DNA of 64,000 nt from Parasitella parasitica NRRL 2501 (lineage: Eukaryota > Fungi > Mucoromycota). The stretch spans positions 52,044 through 116,043 of the forward strand of contig MU619319.1 in NCBI GenBank assembly GCA_025201805.1, read 5' to 3'. The position numbers and the translations under genes were made by a program. The notes below the pieces were generated by a model. That model worked only from the letters and a program-made list of their open reading frames with translations. It had not been told where the DNA came from and made no database searches. Below, piece after piece: positions 37,410-50,269 of the stretch (its first letter is position 1; each line of letters begins with the position of its first letter).

Positions 37410-38345
37410 TCAGTTACGAACTGGATTGGGCTCAATATACACAGCAGAAGCCAGATCTCGGAATGAATCAATGAATATAGGAGTATGTTTAAATCTACCA
37501 AACCCTTGCAAAGCTTCAAATTCGTCCTGTGTCAAATGTAGTTCTTTTAGTACTGGTGATGGAGGTGTGGTAGTGGTGGCGGCGGCGGATGTTGCTGTTG
37601 CTGCTAATATAGGTAGTGACATTGGAGATGATAATGTTGCTGTTGTTGTTGTTGTTGTTGTTGATAATCTTCTGTGTCTTCTACTAATAAGGGGTCCTTC
37701 TTCATCAGAAGAATCCGCAGCGGTTGTATTAGATGACATGACAAATTCAGGTGTAGTCTCAGGTTCATACTTAATAGTTGAAGTTCTCAATTCTCTCGAA
37801 TTTGTGGTAGTCATTATTGGTTCCAAAGAAGGAGAAGTAGGCTCAGTGGTTTTACTCGTCGTAGTGGCTTCCGTGAGAGCTCCAGTCGTGGTGTTTGAGG
37901 TTGTATTTGAGGGAGTAGAGTTAGCAGAAGGCGATTTGCTACGTGATTTATGAGTTTGGGTGTGCTGCATCATATTATCAAATCTGCTAAATCTTCTAGT
38001 GCAGCCAGGTACTACGCACAAGTAAGGTTTCTATTAATTAACATTAGAAAAAAGTCGAATTGACTTGAATTAAACAAGTACCTCGCCAGTATGCTTACTA
38101 ATAAAGCCAAAAAAAAATAAAAATAAAAAAAATAAAACCTGGATCAATACAATGACATCTTCACCTAAGCTTTGGGTATGTACTTACCGAGTATGTCTTG
38201 CCAAATGTTCAGAACGGGTAAAGACCATGTTACAATTATCGTACCCTGTGCATTGGAATACCTTTTGTTTCGTACGTTGTTTCTTTGCTGTATTAGTAGC
38301 TGGGGTAGACGGTACTGCAGGCATCTTCTTCTTGATCAAACAGAG
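37410..38345 (-). CDS. C2H2 zinc-finger transcription factor, Usv1/Nsf1-like; 5' end lost in the gap
   Basis: [24 protein letters not shown]|KHTGE|[27 protein letters not shown], then a Thr/Ser-rich tail. Confidence 0.88.
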
Positions 38346-39250
38346 NNNNNNNNNNNNNNNNNNNNNNNNNNNNNNNNNNNNNNNNNNNNNNNNNNNNNNN
38401 NNNNNNNNNNNNNNNNNNNNNNNNNNNNNNNNNNNNNNNNNNNNNNNNNNNNNNNNNNNNNNNNNNNNNNNNNNNNNNNNNNNNNNNNNNNNNNNNNNNN
38501 NNNNNNNNNNNNNNNNNNNNNNNNNNNNNNNNNNNNNNNNNNNNNNNNNNNNNNNNNNNNNNNNNNNNNNNNNNNNNNNNNNNNNNNNNNNNNNNNNNNN
38601 NNNNNNNNNNNNNNNNNNNNNNNNNNNNNNNNNNNNNNNNNNNNNNNNNNNNNNNNNNNNNNNNNNNNNNNNNNNNNNNNNNNNNNNNNNNNNNNNNNNN
38701 NNNNNNNNNNNNNNNNNNNNNNNNNNNNNNNNNNNNNNNNNNNNNNNNNNNNNNNNNNNNNNNNNNNNNNNNNNNNNNNNNNNNNNNNNNNNNNNNNNNN
38801 NNNNNNNNNNNNNNNNNNNNNNNNNNNNNNNNNNNNNNNNNNNNNNNNNNNNNNNNNNNNNNNNNNNNNNNNNNNNNNNNNNNNNNNNNNNNNNNNNNNN
38901 NNNNNNNNNNNNNNNNNNNNNNNNNNNNNNNNNNNNNNNNNNNNNNNNNNNNNNNNNNNNNNNNNNNNNNNNNNNNNNNNNNNNNNNNNNNNNNNNNNNN
39001 NNNNNNNNNNNNNNNNNNNNNNNNNNNNNNNNNNNNNNNNNNNNNNNNNNNNNNNNNNNNNNNNNNNNNNNNNNNNNNNNNNNNNNNNNNNNNNNNNNNN
39101 NNNNNNNNNNNNNNNNNNNNNNNNNNNNNNNNNNNNNNNNNNNNNNNNNNNNNNNNNNNNNNNNNNNNNNNNNNNNNNNNNNNNNNNNNNNNNNNNNNNN
39201 NNNNNNNNNNNNNNNNNNNNNNNNNNNNNNNNNNNNNNNNNNNNNNNNNN

Positions 39251-39333
<83 letters not shown>
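38346..39333. other. Assembly gap (38346-39250) followed by an ~83-nt poly-A run
   Basis: N run then an A homopolymer. Confidence 0.99.
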
Positions 39334-39336
<3 letters not shown>

Positions 39337-39416
39337 AATAAATAGGGTCCATTGATTCAGGCGTTCTCATCTTTTCATCAAATACTTGAAATACTTCAAA
39401 TAAAACAGCTCATCAA

Positions 39417-40577
39417 ATGCAGTTGCAAGATTTTCCATTTGAAATACTATTACAAGTTTTGTCAAGCTTAAACTATAAAGATATTTCATCTTTTGTTCAA
39501 TGTAACACTGCATTATACAACCGCTCAATGCAGGAGTCTTTTTGGTTTGATCTCTGTCGGTTACATGGTATTCGTTACTGTCATCCTGACTCAAGTTGGA
39601 AAAAACTATATCAATCCAATGAGCTTTCCAAGATGTGCCCTCATTTAAACAAATCTCTGTTTAAGGCCCTTCCTAAAAAGAAAAAACTGCTCTGGACTCG
39701 CAATGTACCGAAAACTGGGAACTATGTTATGTGTTTACATCATTCATGCAATTACCTTGGTATGTATTGCGTTGAAGTCTTGATACCAGCAAGATTTAAC
39801 ATGAGTTAAGCAGGAGAATCTGACCGAGATGATATCAATCATCCTCATCACCAACAACAACATGCGTTGGCATTAAAGTTATCACCCTTGCATGCTTTAG
39901 AGTTGTGGTGCAACGCCTGTAGAAAAGCCGTACGTTTCTCATTGTCATCAACACGATAATCTATCACCTAAAACCTTTTATATATACAAAATAGGTTGGC
40001 TTTGACGGTTTTGCTAGGCATGTAAATCAGGGCTTAAAAACCGAGTACTACTTCATGAAAAAGTTTGTACAAGACTTCGCTACATACAAGCCAACAGAAG
40101 ATGATGAATCATTACAGTACTGGATTGACAAAAGAAGACGGGACATCGAGTATCATCTTTATCAGGTTCAATTCAGATACTCAAGTATGGGCCTTGTTGA
40201 TAAAGTTTGGCATGATTCGTGGCTAGCATTTATCTCAGGTTAGTACAATACTCTACATGCTATCCTATAGAGACTGAATTTTGATAACAATACCCAAATC
40301 AGGAAAATCAAATCATTGCCCAGGTACCTTGACAAACAAAAAGCTGTTCCTCTCGGATGGATTGACACTTGACCCCACACTCACCCTGGGTAAAGAATTC
40401 GAGCTTATTGGAAGTTTGGCTATTTGGTATATTGAAAGAGTCTATGGCATTGAAAATAATGGTGTCGTATCTGTCAATGACTTGCCAAATAATGCCGATT
40501 ACTGTAGACTGATTCACAAGATAAAAATTAGACAGCAAATGAACCAGGCTACTAGATACCCTCTCATCATAGAATAA
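39417..40577 (+). CDS. F-box protein with zf-UBP-like zinc finger and DUSP-like domain (4 exons)
   Basis: LQDFPFEILLQVLSSLNYKDI..FWFDLC (F-box); CPHL..YVMCLHHSCNYL..HPHHQQQHALAL..ELWCNAC (zf-UBP pattern); LVDKVWHDSWLAFI..PGTLTNKKL..LGKEFELI..WYIERVYG (DUSP pattern). Confidence 0.75.
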
Positions 40578-41149
40578 CTTGCTTGCCTTATTTTATCAGC
40601 ATTAGAAGAATAAAATTGATCCACGCATAAAATGAATGTCTATTACAAATATCTATTTAGAATACTTTCATAAAACTTTTACTAGTGGTAAAGCATATTT
40701 ATTCTTCCTCGGTACTCCTCCTGTTTAGACATCACATTTCAATGGAAAAATAGGTAAAACAGACAGTAAGCGCTAGATAACACAGGCATTGAGCTGCAAT
40801 AATAAACCATTCAAGCACTAAATGATGCTTGGTATTCACCAGTGCAAAAGAACAGATCAGCTATTAGCTCATTCAATGCAAAACTACTAAAAAAATCACT
40901 CATGTATTGAAAACATCCAAGCGTTTTATTTTAGTGTACGCACGTCAGCAGCCCTCCGGCTTTCTTTTTGAACCATCATGTGGGCTTCAAAGCAAACCAA
41001 AGCATTCGATGAAGTTGCCTAAACACTATGTAATAGGCATAATTACAAATCGATACCTTTAAATTGTATTCCGTGGCAAGTTTGGGCTTTTGATAATGTA
41101 GCAGCAACGACAGTATCATTGCAACCATCATGCTGTGGCCTACTAAATA

Positions 41150-41520
41150 TTATTTTGGAGGAGGATACTACTATGTCAAAACCATTTTGGAATAAAATTG
41201 GATAATCTTATGATGAAAATACAAATTATAAAAAAAACACACACACAGCGAGAAAATGCAATTATAGTCTTTTCACTTTATTTGATGAAAATAAATCTGA
41301 AGGAGAGAATACAGCCTTGAAGAGAGCTACATTTATATAATTTGTAAAAAAGTTTTCACATTATCTGTGAGCATGTCTATTTCACACAGGCACAAAGAAG
41401 ATGGTTTATTAATTGACATTCTCTCGCATAGGATAACGGTTGATACTTAGATATAATGGTCGACGAGTTTACGATGCATTATTTTAATATTACAGTCAGA
41501 ATGTTTGTTTTGGAAAGCAA
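41150..41520 (+). mobile_element. Possible N-terminal (HTH) relic of a Tc1-like transposase
   Basis: Degenerate FTLFDENKS..ALKRATF..FVKK and TLDIMVDEFTMHYFNITV resemble Mucorales Tc1 N-termini; no catalytic motif seen. Confidence 0.3.
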
Positions 41521-41819
41521 CTGAGCTTTTTACGGGGTTCAAGGATTCGATGTTGTTATTGTGTATATCTAGAATTAATGCAACTGCGACACTTACATGA
41601 GCTCCAGATGCTTTATCGAATTATAAAATGGAGCATAAAATCAAGCATCGCCTGTATTGTGATAGTGATTGTTGTACTTTGATCAGGAGTTCAATCGCAC
41701 ACAAATACTCTTAATATCTAGCTTTACTTTTTGTGTCTGGATTTAATACGAGTGTTCTTTTTAGGCGTAAATCGTGGAATTCGATTTAATAAGATAATGT
41801 TATGAAAATAAGAGGTATC

Positions 41820-42480
41820 TGATTTATCAGAAAGTTAATAGGAATTAATCAGGTAAAGATCCGTTTATTATATTCAAAGTAGAGGGTTTACATACTTTCT
41901 ATGGACTGAGGGAATATAATAAAAAATATTGTAAATGTTTTTGCTGATAACTTTTGATAGACACATCGCCCAAAGAAAATCAAGTTGTGCTCAGATAGCG
42001 ATGATCATGCCTGATTTGACGGCGCACAAGGCAGGCTTTATGTTACTTTCTATCGTGGCCTATCAGTGTTTATATGCAATTTTTATATGGTTTCCGCTGA
42101 TAACTTATAGGTTATCAAAAAAACATCATGGATAATAGCAGTTTCTGATCAGATAGTGCTAAATTATTGCTATGTTTTCCATGTTTGATCTGTTGTAGAT
42201 CAGCATAATAAAGCGAGCTATGACATGAAAAAAAAAAAAAAAAGGAATCTTCGTTGAAAATAAGATTATGAATATGATCTTCAAAAAATCCACCATCAAC
42301 AAGAATATTTGCAATCATCAAGACAATCTAGTACGGATTCATAAATATGTAAACCAATTTCAAGAACAAATAGAGCAACTTTGACATTCGTTAAATTTGC
42401 CATTGACTCTCTCTTTCTCAATCCTTACGGCCACGATTTCCTTGATGATGAATGATCCACACTATAATTTAGGTATCTCT
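41820..42480. repeat. Degenerate dispersed repeat, copy 2 (homologous to 9875-10965)
   Basis: The same four blocks as copy 1, in a different order. Confidence 0.75.
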
Positions 42481-42930
42481 AGAACTATTCACACTCATTA
42501 TAACACCTTATGGTCAAACAGAAACTAAATAGCCTTTTATTAAATTAGATGACGATATAAATAGGGCTGCCAGAAATATTACTTGAAACCTGTCGTACTT
42601 CTTTTGGTGTCCTTATATATACTTTATCTACTACCTACTACCAATAGATACATTCCATTAGGCTTTAGAAGACTGAATCACATATATATATATACTTGCT
42701 GTAAATGACAATAAAAATATCATGATGCAGAATACCACAGCATGCCCCATAAGCTATTTAAATCTCAAAACCATAATATCTCACCCAACGTACGTTACTC
42801 GCCAAATAATACGGCAGTACTTCAGCCTTCAGCTTCCAAATAGCCTTTTATGAATGACTGTCACTTGAATTGATTGCTTTTTAAAAAAGTTTAGCAATAC
42901 AACACGCTGTTCTTTTTCATATCAATCGAC

Positions 42931-44922
42931 ATGTCTAACGAAAAGAAAGAACTTATTGGACCAGCCGAAGAGAAAATCAGAACGCTTTTATCCCAATCTG
43001 GCGATCCATTGGAAGCCATTCGTGCTATACAAAAAGATTACGGTCTTGATCTTACCGGCATTGACGACATGTATCCATTGTTGGACTTGTGTGGCTACAG
43101 CCGTCTAGAGATACACAGAGCTTGCTTGGATGCTTTAAATAAAGCTACCGTTCATCATATCGAGCAGCCCACTTTTCAGCTTGAAAAGTACGTAGCAGAG
43201 ACGGACAAGCTTGTCAAATAGATACTAATTGTAACATAGTTTCTATGACCTGTTTGAAAAAACATTCAAGTACGTTCATATACCACTGATGCAGCCCATT
43301 CCAATGGCATTGCTAAAGAAATTCGAACGCCATATTGGGGAGGACATCATAGAAAGGTTGAAAAGTGATGTAGCAGTATTTGAAAATTGCCCTTTGAATA
43401 TCAAACAACGCATATGGAAACAAGATGAATCATTTTTCCAGCAAACAATGATTTCCTTATTAAACGATTACCACCACGACGAAGCCTTGCAGTTGTTATC
43501 ATTGAATCTAAGACCTGATAACTACCAGGAAATTATCGAAGAAAGGTAAAACGAAAAATCGCAAGGTTGAAAGACGTGTGCTCAACAGACGGCATTTTAG
43601 ACGTACGCATCCCATTGTTCTGAAAGTGATGGATACTATCAGTCAAGACCCGGAAATTTACAGAATGTTTATACAAATGATTCGCATTGTGTTTGAAGCT
43701 ACGCCGTATCCTAGCTTATGCTCTTTACGTGTAGATGTGTTGATGAATTTCCATGACCTGGATTGTGAACCAGTATGTTTTTTGCAATATATCAATGCAG
43801 CTTAAATGCTAAGTTTCTCGATTTTAGATCCTCAAGTCAGACAAATGTCATCAGCTTATTTGGTCTCTCGACAGTTGTGTCCGAAACCAGAACATGGATG
43901 AAACGATTGTTGAGAAGATCAAGGAATGCTTTGATAATGTCAAAAATGGAACTGCACTCTATGCGTAACGTATTAAGCAGAAATCTATGACAGCGAATGC
44001 TAATTTGTATTTGTAGCGACTTTGCAATGGTATTGATGGACCCGATGATTTCGAACTTTCTCGCATCAACAATTGTGAAATGGTTGCGACATAATGTTGA
44101 AGATAATACGCAGCAAGAGGATTTAGAAGGTCTGACCAACTACAATGGAAAGTTACTCAACCTGGCTGAACATGCTCCTTATGCCATTGCTCACAATGCA
44201 AAGATCCCTAAATTAGACAAAGACCTTAAAGAGAGTTATTGGAGCGCTATTTGCTCTCTCATGTTGGAAGAAGGGAATGATGTAACTATGCCAATAGGCG
44301 AAAAACCAGCAGCCGTCATTTTGCCACTGTTACGCCGAAGTGATATTGCTAGAAAAGTGTTTGTTCATTATCTCGTAGATCGCACGTTTGAAGGAGATAT
44401 AAGGACACTGACTCGCTGCTTACCGCTCATATTGGAAACATGGCCAGCACCTGAATTTGAAGAGGAAGGCATCATTTACAGGCAAACTTACTTGAGTTTC
44501 ATAAAGACAATGATGGATATCTTGGTAAAGCGCAATTTGTTTGAATGTATTGCGGATGTCAAATGGAGACAAGCTGTCGTGGAAGGGTTTCTGTTGAGAG
44601 TGGTTGCGTGGGATTGTAGAATCCACGAACAGATGATCCGTTTCCTTGCAGAATACTTTTTGGATCCCAAGATTCTAGTAAAATTAGGGCCTCAGGTTGG
44701 TATACTGGTCGAGTGGGCTGACGCAACTGTTGTCAATGGATTGAAGGATGAGAAAGTAAGTGTGAGGAAGGTCATATAACTACCTTTTTTTTAATAACAG
44801 CCAAATAGCACATGAAGACGCTTAAAGACCTGTACGCCTTTTTATTATCAAGATCAAGCAGCATATTGAACGGCGAGTACAGAATTAACCCACCATCCGT
44901 AATTCATTTCTGCTCTTCTTGA
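42931..44922 (+). CDS. NELFB: Negative elongation factor B (COBRA1) homolog (6 exons)
   Basis: Colinear with recalled metazoan NELF-B: DPLEAIRAIQ..PLLDLCGYSRLEIH (EPLKAIEQFQ..PFLDLHGTPRLEFH), MQPIPMALLK (LQPVVMCVMK), IKQRIW (VKRQIW), LCSLRVDVLMNFHDLD (YCTLRAELLMSLHDLD), DKCHQLIWSLDSCVR (DPCHKFTWCLDACIR), DFAMVLMDP (DLSMILCDP). Confidence 0.9.
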
Positions 44923-45001
44923 TTTCTTTGGCGCTCCGATGTGTATAAAAATTCTTTTCTTTTCTTTTTCCATTTCACCATACTCCAAAATCTAATAAAT
45001 T

Positions 45002-48000
45002 ATGCCTGCTATTACACCTGCACAATTATCGTCATTACAGCATAATACAAAAAACATTCGAAATATCTGTATTCTAGCCCATGTTGATCATGGAAAAACC
45101 ACTCTTTCAGACTCGCTTTTGGCAACAAATGGTATCATCTCTTCAAAAATGGCTGGCAAAGTCAGATACCTTGACTCTCGTGAGGACGAACAGGAAAGAG
45201 GCATTACCATGGAATCCAGCGCCATTAGCTTATATTTCAAGCTTGTCAAGTCTGTCGTCAATGAAGGTAGTCGTATATGCCTAAAGTCTTTGCAGTAAAT
45301 GCTAAATATCAGATGTGTTAGAGGCGCAGCCAAAGACGGTTGAAAGTGAATATCTCATCAATTTGATTGATTCGCCCGGCCACGTTGATTTCTCTTCAGA
45401 GGTATCCACTGCATCTAGATTATGTGATGGCGGCCTTGTGCTGATTGATGTTGTGGAAGGTGTTTGCACCCAGGTAAACTATTTTTTCTTTCTTTCTTCT
45501 TTTACATTGATGTGATGAAATTAATGCAAAGGGGGGGGGGTTTCTAGACAGTCTCCGTTTTGCGTCAAGCATGGATTGATAAGGTGAGGCCAGTGCTTGT
45601 GTTCAACAAAATGGACCGATTAATTGTAGAATTGCAAATGACGCCAAACGAGGCGTATATTCACATTAATAAAATCCTGGAACAAGTGAATGCTGTTATG
45701 GCTACTTTTTTCACCGGTGATTTGATGGAAAGCGAAGCTAGAAAAATGACAGATGAAAAGAAGGATGTACAAGAAGATGAGGAGGAATTCGACGCTAATA
45801 AAGTGTACGATTGGAGTGTGGAAGATAGAGACGACTCTGATATTTATTTTGATCCAGCCAAAGGCAACGTTATTTTTTCCAGTGCAGTCGACGGGTGGGC
45901 TTTCAGGTAAGTCTTTTCTATATACACAATCAGCGAGTGTTTCCGTGCTAATGTTATTGGCAGAGTACAACAATTCGCTTCATTTTATGCCAAAAAGATC
46001 GGATTCAAAGAATCAGTTTTGCAAAAATGCCTGTGGGGCGAATACTACTTTGATCCCAAAGCCAAACGAGTAATCCTGCCAAAGCATTTGAAGGGCAGGA
46101 ATCTGAAGCCTATGTTTGTGCAATTTGTGCTAGAAAATATATGGGCTGTTTATGGCAGTGTTGTCATTGAACCGTAAGTGTAATCGTGGTGTGATCCACA
46201 AACTATATGCTGATATCGTATTATAATTAAAGTGATCGCGAGCGAGTTGAAAAGATTGTGGGTGCCTTGAAAATCAAGGTCTTGCCTCGAGATTTACGTT
46301 CTCGTGATCCTCAAATCTTGCTGTCTGCCATCTTCTCCCAGTGGCTTCCTCTGTCAACCTGCGTTTTATTGGCCATTATCGGTCAATTGCCACCTCCTGC
46401 AGATGCCCAAAGAGTGCGTCTTCCAAAAATGTTGTATCCAAATATACATCGTAAAGATAGCGATCCTTTGCAACCTATCAATGATGTTGAAAAGGCATTA
46501 TATAGCTGTGATACGTCTCCTGACGCGCCTGTCGTTGCATATGTCAGTAAAATGTTTGCTGTGCCTGTCGAGTTTTTGCCTGAGAACCGCCGTACCCAAA
46601 TGAGCGCGGAAGAAATGCGAGAGCGTGGTCGACAGCAACGAGAGTTGCGTGCAGCACAAGCAGCTTTAGACAAATCAGGGGAAGGTATTCCATTGACTTC
46701 CGAACAAGTGGAAACCCTCGCAGATGAACCTCAGGCTGAAGAAGCTGAGCCATTCACTAAAGAGCTCAAGGGCGAAAGTTTAATTGGTTTTGCTCGCCTG
46801 TATAGTGGCTCTATTCGAGTAGGGCAGAAACTTTACGTGATGGGCCCTAAATATGACCCTAAATTTCCGAAAAAACACATCTCTGAAATTATGGTACAAA
46901 GCCTCTATTTGATTATGGGCAGGGATCTAGAATCCTTGCAAGAAGTCTGTGCGGGTAATGTCTTTGGCATTGGTGGGTTAGAGGGCCGTATTCTCAAGAA
47001 TGGCACACTGGCCAGTACTGTTGATAATGTGCGTAACATGGCCGGTGTCAAAATGGAATCTTCCCCTATTGTGCGTGTGGCTCTTGAGCCCCAGGATCCG
47101 ACTCAAATGGATAAATTAGTGCAGGGTCTTCACCTGTTGAATCAAGCTGATCCTTGTGTAGAAGTCATGTTGCAGGAAACCGGCGAGCACGTCATTTTGA
47201 CAGCTGGTGAGTTGCATTTGGAAAGATGTCTGCGAGATTTGAAGGAGCGTTTTGCCAAAATCGAAATTCATGCATCTGAGCCCATTGTGCCCTTTAGAGA
47301 GAGCATTGTTCGTGCTGAATTGCCAGCGGGTAAGGAAAAAGAGGGCGTTGTCGTGCCTCGTGGACAAGCAGAAATCAAGATTAGCAGCAAGTTTCTTACT
47401 CTAAAGGTGCAAACGGTGCCTTTGCCTGTTAATGTTACGGATTTTTTGACAAAGCATGCTGCTTCCATCAAGGCTGTTGTCGAAGAAAAGCTAGCTAAAA
47501 AGTCTACCAGGGAAGAGGAAGAAGATGAAGATACTGGCGATGCTGCTCCAGTTACCACTAACCAGCTTTTATCTGCGTCTGAATTAGAGCAATCGCTAAA
47601 GCAAGAGTTTGCAGACGCAAAGAAGGACGGCGGTCCATCTGCTTCAATTTGGGACAATGCTGTTGATCAAATCTGGGCTTTCGGCCCTCGTCGTATTGGC
47701 TCTAGTTTGCTGATCAACCGTATTCCTGGTTATGTCAGAAAGCCTTTTTTCCAAATGGATTCCAAAAGGAGTGCAGATGTGGCCGTTGACCATGCCGACG
47801 AGGTCCTTGAGGTCCTGGATGAAGACACTAGTGCTCTTTCGATCCTCGACATCGATTTCCACATTCACACGGCTTTCCAGCTGTCTACTTTGACAGGCCC
47901 TTTGTGCGCTGAACCAATGACTGGTGTATGTTTTATTGTGCAAGGTGTTGAATTTCACCCTGAAGAGATGGTGTCATCAAATGGTGAAGCTGTTGATGGT

Positions 48001-48673
48001 AAGAAGTTTGTACATCAATGCCTTAAAACCTACGCCTAATTTTTGTGGGATAGTTCGTGCTCGTCTTCCCATTATTCAGGGCCACGTTATTGCAGCAGCT
48101 AGAGAAGCGTATCGTCAGGGTTTCCTAGATTGGTCTCCTCGCCTTCTTTTGGCCATGTATACTTGCGACATCCAAGCCAATGCCGAAGTCTTGGGCCGTG
48201 TCTATGGCGTCATTTCCAAGAGAAAGGGTAAGATTGTCTCTGAAGATTTAAAGGACGGTACATCCTTCTGGCAAATCAATGCTTTATTACCTGTCATCGA
48301 AAGCTTTGGTTTCTCTGATGGTAAGTCAAAACAATGTATCGTCTCGTACAATATTGACATGTTGTTTTATAGAAATTCGAAAGCGAACTTCTGGTGCTGC
48401 CAGTCCTCAATTGGTGTTTAGTGGGTTTGAAATGTTAGACGAAGATCCGTTTTGGGTTCCAACTACCGAGGAAGAGTTAGAGGATTTGGGCGAAAAGGCT
48501 GATAAAGAGAACTTGGCCAAAAAATACATGGATACAGTCAGAAAAAGAAAGGTAGCTGACCTTTTTTTTTTGTTTGTATATTTACTGACATTAGCCTCGT
48601 ACAATAGGGTATGTTCGTAGAGAAGAAGCTTGTTGAACATGCTGAAAAGCAAAGAACTTTAAGGAAAAATTAG
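45002..48673 (+). CDS. RIA1: Elongation factor-like GTPase Ria1/Efl1 (60S maturation)
   Basis: [96 protein letters not shown]-terminus. Confidence 0.96.
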
Positions 48674-48989
48674 ATGAATCAACGTAAAATCAATAAAATG
48701 TATATCAAGCATCAATTCAAAATCATTTGTTGGCATTGTTGGCTGTCTTTATTTACAAATGTCAAGTACTACCGTAGTTATTATTCAAGAAGTACATGTA
48801 TCAACTTCGGCACACCATGACTTTTTGAATACAACAAAATCAATATTATGCTCAAGTTGCAATCAAATAAAGTATACGCTTTCTTTTTTATATATCTTAC
48901 ATACAACATGTATCAACATTGTTGACAGAAGAGTATTTTCTTTTTGCTAAGCAGAGTTTTAAGAAGTAGAAGACGACCAAACAAATGCA

Positions 48990-50240
48990 GGGTGACAAAG
49001 CGTTGGTTCAGGCCATTTTTTTGGATCTCGCGCGGGGGCAGAAGCAATCCACCGACACTTCTTCATTGCTACTGATTATAGCAAAACTTGAATATCACTT
49101 GATTCTGGATACCTACTCAAAGTCAACAAGCCTTAACTATCTGATTCCTTTATTCAATATTTCAGGTTGCGAGAATTTGACATGTTCGCGTGCCAAGAAA
49201 GCAGCATACCCTCACCTCTCACTTTGACAATCGAACCGCCATGCTCAACATGGGATTCCCATCCTCAACCCATATGGATACCCAAATGTGAATTACTACA
49301 CTCCTTTTATGATGGTAGGTTTATACCAGTAAAACTATCGATGCCCGCAGAAATAACCAAAAAGTGGAGCATAGCTCTGACCACAATTCCCTGTTAAATG
49401 CAATGTTTTTTCAGTTACATCAGCAAAATCGACGACTAAAGACAAGACAACAACGAGACATAATCCAAACATTGAAAACAAACCAGAGATTCTTCAAATC
49501 GCAGCTACAGCTTGCTTTGGCAGGCTTGGGATACGGTAGATTGATGGATTGAGAATTTGGACCAACAAAGGTAAAAACTGGTTGCAAACACGACATCCCA
49601 TCCAAAACTAGCAAGTTTTCTTTTCTTAGCTTTATTGTACGCCTGCCGCCAAACATGAAGTTCAAAACAAAAACACTTGGAATGTTATATTGCAGGCTCA
49701 ACTATCATCAATCCTCCGGCTTCGTTACTAAAGCCATCCATTGGGCTTCGAAGCAAAGTCCAGACATCCAAAGAGAAAGCAGATTACTGGAGTGCCAATG
49801 CTTTCAAGACAATGTGCCGCGACCAAGTCTCCGCACTTGCAATTGGTCTTACTGGTGTTGGTTGCCTTTTGTTTGGAGTAACTTTCCCCTGCTTCGACCC
49901 AAACCCCACCACTGCCAAGCGCACACAATTCAACAATTTAGCCCTATCTTTTTTTGTACAGAAAACAGATACTGGGCTCGCCTTTCGATGGAGGCAATAC
50001 TCTTTGAAGGTTAGTAAACAAATATAAAACGTGGAGATAACTCAATATTGACTTTGACCTTTTAATACTATTGGGTAAGTGACATTACGATTTATAAATT
50101 GTAACTGTTTCTTCTTTCGGAATTTAGCTTGCTATTCCGTTACAGTATAACCTATACTCGATATACTTCTGTGGATACCATTCAACACAAAACAGTCATT
50201 ACGATAATTTGATAAGCAATATTACGGTGATTTCAATTTT
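48990..50240 (+). mobile_element. Probable 3' portion (post-RT region) of a degenerate L1-like non-LTR retrotransposon
   Basis: Broken frames with LINE C-terminal-like segments (RFFKSQL; TLGMLYCRLNYH; FFCTENRYW; KTVITII) next to a clear LINE endonuclease fragment. Weak. Confidence 0.4.
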
Positions 50241-50269
50241 AAGTACGATCTACGAATACCTGGGGATTC

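Noticed and set aside
38152-39345. 397-aa and 388-aa ORFs with poly-X and poly-K
   Set aside because: Artefacts of the N gap and the adjacent poly-A run.
44920-45004. Stop read-through fusion of NELF-B to EFL1
   Set aside because: The 79-bp spacer is not a multiple of 3, and the stop context is TGA-TTT rather than TGA-CTA.
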